Origin: Parasitella parasitica NRRL 2501
Taxonomy: Eukaryota > Fungi > Mucoromycota
NCBI GenBank assembly: GCA_025201805.1
Contig: MU619241.1
Location: 337,386 to 401,385 of the forward strand
Reading direction: 5' to 3'
Length of the DNA: 64,000 bases
Part shown: piece by piece, positions 53,869-64,000 of the stretch
How positions within the stretch are numbered: the first letter of the stretch is position 1
Layout of the letters: each line of letters starts with the position of its first letter
Notes under the pieces: generated by a model
Seen by the model: the letters and a program-made list of their open reading frames with translations, nothing else
Told to the model about the DNA's origin: nothing
Databases searched by the model: none
Made by a program: the position numbers and the translations under genes

Positions 53869-54720
53869 CTAAAGATCCTCCATAAATATGGAATCATCAT
53901 CATCAATAATGATAGATTCATCATCATCATCATCGTCTTCCCCTGCTGACGATGCCACTGCTGCTTGATTTGATACTGGTGGCTGATGGTCTTCAACCTC
54001 ACTGAGGTCTACGTCTACTTCTTCGTCTTCTTCAACAACGATAATCTCATCCTGCTCTTTTCCTTGCTCCTTCTTGACATCTGATCTGATGCGATCCATT
54101 CCAATCAAGATGGCAGCAGCCTCAAGCATTTGTACTTGCTGGTGCTTGGTCAAAGGCAGCTTTTTGGTCAGTTCCCATTCTTCCGAATGCTCCCAGCGAT
54201 GCTTTTGCAAACAATTGGGATGTTTGTAAGACTTTCCACAATCGTTGCATCTATACTGGCCGCTGAAAGACTCAGAAAGACCACGGGTGACACCGCTCTT
54301 TCTTCTGCCACCACCACCAACGCTATTGCTAAGGTTCATCAAAATATCTGATGGTCTTCGGTTATTATTACGTATAGTGAGTCCACCTGTAGCAGCTGCA
54401 GTAGCAGTAGCAGTACCAGCAATAGGTGCAGCATGCTTTTTCAAGATGCTACTGGAATGATCGATTGTATAGTTTTCTGGTAGTGATGATGAATAGTCCT
54501 TGATGTGCATGTCATTGAATACTGTCTGGAGAGAGTCTCTACGGTTCTGTGCTAATGATGGAGGTTTCTCATTGATTGTAATATTAGGAGCTGAACTATT
54601 GCTGGATGTTTCCTCACCACAAAACGAATTTGGAGGAGAGGGAAGGCTGGTAGGATTGTTGGGCTTTTCTTGCTGTTTCTGTTGTTGCTGGCGGATTTGA
54701 AAAGAGAGTAACGAAGACAT
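53869..54720 (-). CDS. Single C2H2 zinc-finger protein
   Basis: YRCNDCGKSYKHPNCLQKHRWEH followed by WELTKKLPLTKHQQVQMLEAAAIL, a fungal C2H2 family pattern. The start codon is uncertain. Confidence 0.85.
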   Translation of the reverse strand: MSSLLSFQIRQQQQKQQEKPNNPTSLPSPPNSFCGEETSSNSSAPNITINEKPPSLAQNRRDSLQTVFNDMHIKDYSSSLPENYTIDHSSSILKKHAAPIAGTATATAAATGGLTIRNNNRRPSDILMNLSNSVGGGGRRKSGVTRGLSESFSGQYRCNDCGKSYKHPNCLQKHRWEHSEEWELTKKLPLTKHQQVQMLEAAAILIGMDRIRSDVKKEQGKEQDEIIVVEEDEEVDVDLSEVEDHQPPVSNQAAVASSAGEDDDDDDESIIIDDDDSIFMEDL

Positions 54721-56098
54721 GATGTGGTATATATAAACGTCCCAGGGCACAAAATGGAAAGAAATAGAATATAATATGTTCTACCGTGTATACCATGGTC
54801 ATGTTTATTTTTTTAACCCCAGTTTCTTTATCGTCATTTCAAGGTATTTCGTCTTTGTTAATCATGAAAACTTGTTCTCAAGTCTTCATCAAAGTTGGAC
54901 ATCTTGAAGTTCAACATGTTAATTTTAAAAATATGTAACAATAATAAATATTACCTCAATCAGCGTTGACGAATGCCTTACAGCGGGAGTTCATGTGCTA
55001 CTGAATTTTTTAACAACGATGGTGGTATACCGTAATACTTCAAAATATTGGTAGCAAAAATTATTTATAACATTAATCCCAAGAACAAATAGATTTTAGA
55101 TTAAGAACAGTAATTTTAAATGTAGTTTTTAACAGATTACACTTTTAGCTTATTTACCAGGATAAAGCAATGTATTTTTGTAGGTTCTACTAATCCAAAA
55201 TCACGAAACTAAATTTATTAATGCTCAACTCAAGAATCTATAATAATTAGCTGCTTTAATAAATAAGTCTTGCTTTGACAACTTCTTGTTATCGTTTGTT
55301 TTTAGTATTTTCCTACTGCTATCACATACAACTATCTGATGCACCCTTTTAAGACCTGGCACAACAGGCATTTATCAGAAGCATGTTGAAAATATTTACA
55401 GAGGTAAACTCGACCACAACACATATTCCTTTGTTTTTGTGGGTAGTACATTAATGATTATCAGCGAAAAACTGCTAATCAAATTTTTGGTCGACTATTG
55501 TACCGTAAGCAACAAGTTTCCCGAACAAGAGTGAGAAGGATACAGTGACAATGGCGGGTCTGGTCCACCTTTTGTTTGTTTCAGGTGTTTTCTTAGCTTT
55601 TTTTAAAAAAATATTCAAGACTACCCAAAGCATCTAAGACAGCATAGGAAATCGCTTCGTTAGATAAAAGAGCAGCAGCTCAATTACTACTCAAAGGTAC
55701 ATCGTCAGGTTTGGGAAGATACTTGCTTAGTACAAAACGGTCAAAGCATACAACAGAGAAAAGTCTCACCCAGATTTCAATAGCAATCTTTTGGAAAAAC
55801 GAAACTTTTGGAGCTCGAGCTCTAAAGAATTAGTTAAATATTCGCTCAATCACGGTTTCTTACATCCGCATCAAATCTATTGACTCTATGCTTCTAACTA
55901 ACTCGAAATTTCTTTCAAAGATAATCAAATGCTTGATTTTGAATGCGTAATATTTGCTTAGTTGAAGAATTATAAAAAAGATGCAGTTTTTCCCTACGCA
56001 ACTTGACAAAAAATAAGCACTTTTAATTTGCATAGATACGGTTACAGATACAGTGATTTGCGTTTGAAATTCAAGATTTTCAAAAATAGATTGCTGAT

Positions 56099-56780
56099 TT
56101 GGTCCAAAACAACAATCGTGGAAGCGTAGAGTTCAAGAAAAATGTGCGCTCTCATAACAACGCACTATGCTTCATGTCAATGGGGGATAACTTGGATAGC
56201 AGTGTTCAAAATTCACGTAGTGGTGCTTACGCATTCAGAATCCATGGAAGCATTTACCATAGAATTGGGTCCCTACTTCCAACTGAGAATAGTTCGCTTG
56301 CATTTGCTCAGATTTATGTTTATGATGCCAGCAATGATACCAGCAAAAGACATTTAGTAGCCAGCCATGTAGATGCTCAGACTTTAAAGGAGCTACAACG
56401 CTTAATGTATCGAATCAATCCAATCGCGCGAGACTTCAAGACAATGGCCCAATTTATAAGAACAGTTTCGTTTAAACTTTACTCGTCACAATCAATCTAG
56501 CCTTCGCTCTGAGCTCTATTGTGGTTTATAACAAGACGCAATTGCACACGATGAAACGGACACCAACTCTCTTGGTCTTAAGGTAATACTTCCTAGCCCC
56601 TTCATTGGAAAACCAAGACATATGGCTTAATTTTATCAAGACTTAATGAATACTGTAAGACGGCTCGGCAAGGCTTAATACTTTATAGCATTCACCTACA
56701 ACCCTAAATGGCCAGAAATACAAAATGAGCTTTTGTTTAGATAAACTGCTGCTGACCGACCAGATCTTTGCTCAAAAAGT
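56099..56780 (+). mobile_element. Helitron Rep/helicase pseudogene fragment
   Basis: FKKNVRSHNNALCFMSMG...GAYAFRIHGSIYHRIGSLLP...FAQIYVYD, then ILPSPFIGKPRHM..FYQD...FTYNPKWPEI...DRPDLC with in-frame stops (Helitron_like_N motifs). Confidence 0.85.
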
Positions 56781-57052
56781 ATTTCGGGGTGGTGTCAAAT
56801 AGCTCGTTTTTTATAAAAAAACACCATCGTAAAATGAAAACAAAAAGTTACTAGTTTTCTCCTTCATTCTATATTTACTATGAATCCCATCTTGAACACA
56901 ACTGAAGCAAAGACAAAATCAAGAGTATCATAAACAGCTATCTTTCACAGAACACTATCTTGGATTGGAAGTATGAGCTTGCTTTGAAGGAATTAATCGA
57001 CAAAAACCTATTGATGGAGCCTACTGAAGAAAATATGAAAGAACTTTGAGAC

Positions 57053-57430
57053 ATGTATTTGCAAGAGGTCTCTATCGTTTATGAATCTAGACGTGAAGGA
57101 TGTACTACTGAAGAGAGTAGTAAGGTTGATATGCTCGATAATGATAGTTTTTTTAAGATAAGCACCTCCCCTCAAATTCAAAAGTTACTACGTCTTGCTG
57201 CTTATTCGGCACAGGCTTTGAACGATGCAATTGATAATCGCCTTTCGTCAGCTGAAAACTCTCAAGCCTCCAATGATCAGGAAGATAATGTTGAACTCAG
57301 ACATTACCAGACTCTATCTATTGATGAACAAATGATATTTCTTTGCAACAAGTTTGGTAACCAGGGCCATCTCGATCTCACCATTACTACTATAGCTAAG
57401 AGATTTGGATAATCTATTAAAAATTTCGGT
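57053..57430 (+). mobile_element. Possible PIF/Harbinger transposase N-terminal remnant
   Basis: LSIDEQMIFLCNKFGNQG...TITTIAKRFG*S resembles the HTH that precedes DDE_Tnp_4. No DDE core seen. Confidence 0.35.
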
Positions 57431-58010
57431 CTGAAGCTTCAACCAACTCTGATTCGTAAAGAAAGGGACATACTTCTTGAAATCGCCCGATGTACTGACA
57501 TCACAAGTGTGAACAAAGTTATACAGTGACATAGATATGAATCCAATGTGCCGTTACATCCGCTTGGCACTTTCCAACATGGTCGAACTCTGGTCTTCGA
57601 CCGCATAATACTTTTTTATGTCTAAAATCACTCAAGAAATGTATAGATATGTGGTAAAGATTACTTTTGTAAATTAGTAAACTAAAAACGATTGTCAGGC
57701 GTTTGCATATCATTGTTTGATTCAATGTGTAGTATGAGATGTGAAATATAATAAAATAGTATGCAGGCTAGGCCTTATACTTTAGGTACTTTTTTTTATG
57801 TGCAATTCTATTTTTACTTGGAATTTTCTCAGTTAAAATGACACACAATATGGTTTGATTTAAATGCTTTGTTCTTGTAGCCTTGTAGATTCATGCAAAC
57901 AGTTGTCTCTATAGTCACAATGCCATTTCATTAATAAGCCACTAAATCATAAACATCCTTGAAAAAAAAAAAAAAAAATTCGAGGCCTTTTTTGGTAGGA
58001 TTCATTCGAT

Positions 58011-61000
58011 ATGAATACTCAATTAGAAGACTATTACAAGACACCAAAAGAGGTTGCTGAGGCACTGAAAGTAAAGGATCTTCAAACACTCATTCGAGGT
58101 AATCATCAATCCTTTGAAGTAAAAAATCTTTGAAGCTAACCGAGAAATGTTGTAGGTTTATCGAAATTAAGAACACAACTTAACATTGCAGTAAAAAGTC
58201 GAGTCGATCCCACCGAAAAATACACTCGACCTCTTGTTGAATATTGCCAATCATGTACAGATAGCCAGGAATTGAGTAGCTTATGGGATTATCAAGCTTC
58301 CGTAAGTCCGAATAAACATTCTTGCCAGGAGTGAACTGACATTTTTCTAGACCAACATCCAGGATCTGGAGTGCATGCTTCCTGACATTGTTGGATTATT
58401 CATAAAATTATGCACGACACCCATCGTTCGGTCATACGGCATCCAGCTCATTCAGACAGTATTACAAAGACAAATGAAATACATATATCGAGGCATCTCT
58501 TCCATGCGTATCCCGCACTGTCAATCAACCTATAGATTATTGACTTCAATTGTTGCATTTAATGAATCAACCGCTAGAGATTTATTCACAACATTCAACT
58601 TTCAAGCAGAAGTGAGTTTGATTTTCGTTTGATTCCATGATAAGCTTGATGCTGATTTCAATGTAGGGATTTTTGAGAGCTTCTAGATATAGACAAAACA
58701 AAAAGAATAAGAAACCACAGAGCTACATATACGGTAAATTCGAATCATCTGGCACACGTATTATTTCACTCGACTTATAAAAACATACACGATGTTAGAT
58801 CTTCGCACTAACTATATACAATTTGTGCTCGCATTTTTCAAGCATGCTGATGCCGAGATAAAAAAGCAAGTGTTAGGAGTGAAAGGACTTGTCAGTGGTG
58901 TATTTGTTGGCATGGATGAGGATGCTTACCCCTTGATTGAGGAAACATTGTCAATCATCTACGATAATTTGATTCTGGATACGAATGTTCCAAGAAGTGT
59001 CAAGGCATTCTTTTTCTCATCCTATATCCTGGAAAAAATCGCCAAGATTTATACTCGTTTTGAAGAGGAGGAGACAGCGCCTGGAGAAACGGGCGTTCCA
59101 GCGGATTTGGTGCACCACTTTTTAATTTCGATCTGTAGTGTGCCTGACGTGGGTGTCTGCTTTAGAGACACAACATGGTATCCTCCTAAACCCACTAACA
59201 ACAGTGACGAAAGCACCAAGAATTCGAAAATCACAAACAAGGCTTTGGCTAAATTCATTACAACATTGAAGCCTGCGGATGACATTCGACAGCAAGAACT
59301 TGCTTTGAAGATTTTAAGCGCTTGTCCTGAGCTGACACAAGAGTAAGTTTCAGGCCAATTTAATAGGATCTGTTTTTGAATCATATGAGTATAGATTCTG
59401 GAGAAATACAACCTTAATGTTTGAACCTCGTATTTCCAGTAAATGGCTTGCCAATGTCACAGTCTTACAAAAGGTAATTCAACTGCCTGTTCCATCATTA
59501 TATTATGGCGAAACTCGACTTTATCCTACTGAGCCTCCATCCGTTGACACTATCCTCGATAACGTTTTACCAAACGTATTTAATCGGTCTCCAGCTAGTA
59601 AAGGACTTCAACATGCTAGCCCTCTTGTTAGATATACCACGATGCTTGTCCTATCAGCTGTATTTCAGAAGTATGATAAAGTGGCACAATCCATGAAGAA
59701 GGTTATTCTTGCTTTGGAAGCAACAGAACCCAACAGCAAGCCATCTGAGAATTGGAAAAGGCGTTTGGAGAGTGTGCGCGAGGGGTTACGTCGTAGGGTT
59801 CCCGAAATACAAACTTTAATAGCTTTGCACAAGCAAACAGCCGTGAAAATGGCACAGCAAAATGAAGTGGATCAAGGCGAACTGAACTCCCAAAATCAAA
59901 TGCTTCAAGACACTGCCTTCAGATTAATCCGCTACTATCAAGAATTCGTGCCTGAATCCTTGATGGAATCTAATATTGATCCTGGCAACTTTATTCCGTC
60001 GGATATCCTATCTGTCAAACCAGGTACCTTGATCCACTTGTTAAGGCTGTTTATCAGCATGCCCAACTTCAACTGGACTAGTAAATCATGTAAGTATCAA
60101 GGCATTATCTTGAGAATACGACATGTAGGGAATCAAAAACTAATACATCGAACACTTTAGCGGGATCATCTACATCTCATATCACTACATTACTGACTTT
60201 GTACCTTCAAACACCTTACAAACATATTCGTAACCTCACAGGAAAGCTATTGAACCAAACTCTAAGTGAATCATTCATGTTTACGCACGATCCCGAAGAA
60301 GTGCAACTTTGGTTGAACGCCTTGCCTCAAAACTTTGCTTCATCTTCCAAAAATCTGGCCATGTCAGAAACACAGCAAGGAGTGCTGCAATTCTTGGACA
60401 ACTGCATCGGTCGTTTCACTAAAGCACAATATAAATACACGGATCAATTAGTAGAGCTTGTCAATAGCGTCAATGCTGATCATGCTGAGAACGGGTTCAC
60501 CAGGGACTTGATTTTGGCCGGTACTAGCGCAGGCATTGCATCAGAATATAAGCATCCTTTCAGCCCTTTACTACTAACATTGTGCGAAAACTTGAATTTT
60601 ATCAAATCTGATCGACGCCCTGCTGTGCTGTACCTTACTAGCTTGCTCACATTACTTGCGACAAAGCAACGCGTTCCGTTCTATATCCAAGTTGTATGCT
60701 CTAAGCTAGATGGCGAACTGACTGAATCTCAAGATGTAGATCCCCGCTTCGTAGAAACGTGGGGCAAAAATGAAATGATCCATCAAGCCAAATTGTGCCT
60801 GGGACAAACCGACGGCAACCTGTCCAAAAAGCAGCAGCAGCGTGCAAATGAAAAGATCGAGGATCGTTTGGTGCAGCTGATCAAGAGTAGGTTGCAAAAT
60901 TTAATTTATGGTTCCCTTCTAATGCCATTGCTTTCTTTGCAGATGATGAAGTGGAAAGCCTTGTGGAATGCAGAAAGGAATTTTCTCTATTATTGCAACA

Positions 61001-63935
61001 TTTACCTGTCAATGTCCTTGACCGCCATTTTGAAAGAACTGCTTCTTACTGTCACCAAAAATTGCACTGGGTATTTTATGAGCCTCTTGTGGACTATATC
61101 ACATCTCGCCATCCACTTGCAGGCGACATCTTTTCTTACAGTGAATTTAGACGCATGACAACACTGATTTCGATGGAACAGTAAGTATTCAAACTAGAAC
61201 ACATTATAATATATGCTGAAACTTTTCTGTAGTGAGCATATTGCTTCATTGTTAAAAAATGTCCCCTTTGCCTTCTTGTTCTACAATACGGTCGTTGCCA
61301 AACTATACAGCCACGAGTTCTCTATGAATGTACTAAAGCATGCTTTGGATGCTCTCAAATCCCGTGACATGATGAATGCGATATCCTGTATCTATCACCA
61401 TTTGAATACGTTGTTGATGCAAAGTAAGCCTCAACTTCCAGCCTTACAATTTTGCTTTTCATTATTACGGCATGCCATTCACCTTGTGAATCAAATACAA
61501 GATAGTCAATGTAGAGCAGAATTGAAGAGCTTTACCTTTGCTCAGCCTGTACTGAAACACATTGAAAACGAACTGACAAGCCAAATCCTCTCTTACCAGG
61601 ATTTAGCTAGTTTTCCATCAGTCGCCGATCTCTCATACATTGAGCTAGCAACCTCGTTTATGGACATCTTTGGTCAAGGGTCAAGCGCAAAGACATTGCT
61701 TGATTGCATTATTCGCGTGGATTTTCAAGGGCTTTATACATACAGCAAAAAAGTTGCCAAAAACATTCGTATCAACGATACAATGAAAAAGCTCTTGATT
61801 GTTCTTGTCGAGTACATGTACAGCTCGTCCCAAGAGCTGACTATTCCTAGCAAAGCGTTTGAAATTATCACACAACTTTGGAAGCAGGGTACGACTGAAG
61901 AGTTCAATCTGGAGGTGTTGTCTTTGTTAGAGTTGAGTATAGCCAAGGAACAACGCAATAACAACGAAGCCGAAAGACATGCTGTGCATGTTCTCCTAGA
62001 AGCTTGCTGTGAGCCTATTATCAGGCACATCTTGGCAGGCAACACCTGTATTATTGATGTCGATGTATTGCGCTCTTCATGCATTGCTTCGTCTGTGGAC
62101 GTGCCCAGCATAGTGGTGAATAGCTTGACTGACCGCCTTTCACTGACACCCAATTTGGTGGATGTTATTCATATCGGTTATGATTTACTAGCCAAAAGCG
62201 CTGAGGAGCAGAGCGAATTCGTTGAGCTTGTCATGGACTTTTTGCTGAAACAGCTAACGGCTGCTGCTGATGCAAACGTCATGTCTGACGAAACACCTGA
62301 AGATGCATTTTACGATAAACTTGTTTCATTTGCGAGTCTTTTGAGCGGCAACTGGGCTGCGAATCTAAATACTGAAACTGTGCGCGACTACATCTTGACC
62401 TGCTTGATGGACAACATTGAATATGCTGCCGCTATTCGCTTTGTGCGTGTGTTGGTTGAACATGTGTATGAAAACTATAGTAAACTGGAGCCTATCGAGA
62501 CTTACCTTCGCCGCATCCTCGACCATAAGGACTACCAGCGTTTGACAAACCCTGAAGTGGCTAAATTATTACTGAAACAAACACCAGCAAACCATTTTCA
62601 ACGCTCTGCCATCATCCATTTGATTTATACACTCAACAAGATTCAGCCTCTCATTTTAGCCAAACACCACGGTTTATTGGATCTTCTTTTGACAAGTTAC
62701 AGTGCCACGACAAGTAGTACAGACAAACTCATTCTCGAAATCATGAGGTCTTGCGAAAGCCATGGACGTGAAACTATCCTCCCAAAGATGCTAATGTGGG
62801 GCCCTGGCTCTGATCGTACGCGGCAGGCGCATGCGCAAGCTGGCACCTTGTTACAAACGAGTGCCATCTCAATCGAGACACTCAGTCTCATCGACCCTGC
62901 TTTAATGAAATATACCTTTACGCATTTCCCTTCTGGATGCAGTCTCAAGCAAGGCAGCATCAATGACACCGAAAATAATGATGTATCGGCTCCAGTGTAC
63001 GATCCTTCTTTCTTTATGCCTCTGTTTGCCAACTTGATTTCTTCTGGTGCTGTCGACTGTCGCAAGTTCATTGAATGTAATGGTCTTGGCTTGGTTATAA
63101 TGGGCATGTCTTCTACAGATGAATATATGCGCCATATCGCCTATCAAATGATGGACCAATTTTACGTTATGGTAGACCATGCCCGTTTCCGTGAACAGCC
63201 ATCGATCATCTTTGTGCTTGAGCAGTTCAAGAACTCTATACAGGGGAGATCTGAAGCAGATGCCCCTCCTCGAGTCCCTGCTGCTATTTCTGTTTGTGTA
63301 TCTCACGCATTGTCTATTTTACTGCATCCTGAGCACTTTATGCTGCCTCATATCACCACTTGGATACTACAAAACCCATCCTTTGATTTTAATGTAAGTT
63401 TCTGTGTGCAATGCGGCTACTCCGACTAACGCTTTTTTATACAGTATGTCCCAATGTTTACATTCTTATTTACATCCTCATCACCTAATCACAGAAAAGA
63501 GCGTCTCTGGTTACTGTATGTGCTGTCATCTTCCCTGAGAACATTTGAAGATTACAAGATATTTGCTAGACAAAGTATTTTTGATATGGTTGCGACATTT
63601 TACAATTCTGCGTATGCAGATCAGTCCAGCAAAAAGGCTGTATTAGAGGTAATAAGATCACGCCATTCGCTTTGTACGCAGTCCACTAAAATAAAATATA
63701 GATCATGGAACAAGCTGCTGCTATTCCTAGCGTTGCATCAAATCTGATTCAGTACAATGGTCTGCTTGCTTGGATTCACCAAGCAATGGCTCTTGCGTCG
63801 GATGAAGAGGAATTCCAGGCTTGGGAGAGTATTTTAAATGCGACAATGAAAAGTGCAAGCCAAGCAGAGAAAGTGCCAGAAAATATTAAATCTATGCTGA
63901 ACGATGAAAAGACCATCTTGTCGGAATTAAATTAG
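58011..63935 (+). CDS. URB1: Nucleolar pre-ribosomal-associated protein 1 (Urb1/Npa1), multi-exon
   Basis: Very large helical-repeat gene with DLRTNYIQF (Npa1-like). C-terminal YDPSFFMPL...[11 protein letters not shown]...ILLHPEHF...VPMF...KERLWLL is NopRA1-like. Confidence 0.88.
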
Positions 63936-64000
63936 GAACAAGTATATAAGAGACAAAAGCCAAAATCATGGCACGCTGCTTAAAGAAGGGATCACATATG

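Overview
Gene-dense eukaryotic DNA, most likely from a Mucorales fungus. This is inferred from the AT-rich intergenic DNA, many short GT-AG introns (about 50-70 nt) and the protein families present. About 25 intron-containing genes, mostly housekeeping, are recognisable: SUB2/UAP56, D-amino acid oxidase, neutral trehalase, RPAP3-like, CaM kinase, COX10, TXNL1, SSU72, HMG-CoA lyase, NRDE2, an OPT transporter, SCCPDH-like, CCT3, PTH1, Sec14/CRAL-TRIO, DHHC and URB1. Three gene-poor islands interrupt them: a decayed Ty3/gypsy gag-protease remnant with a 52-bp tandem repeat (about 29.3-31.7 kb), a non-coding diverged direct repeat of about 1.1 kb x2 with an internal inverted repeat (43.3-45.9 kb), and Helitron plus probable Harbinger remnants (56.1-57.4 kb). 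I found no clearly novel multi-gene system. The best leads are a secreted knottin + 12-Cys two-domain protein, a 68-aa microprotein with PP1-docking-like motifs, the unexplained long repeat, a 641-nt 5'UTR intron in SUB2 and a GC-AG intron in NRDE2. Gene models were spliced by eye, so boundaries may be off by a few nt. Coordinates of intron-containing genes span their introns.
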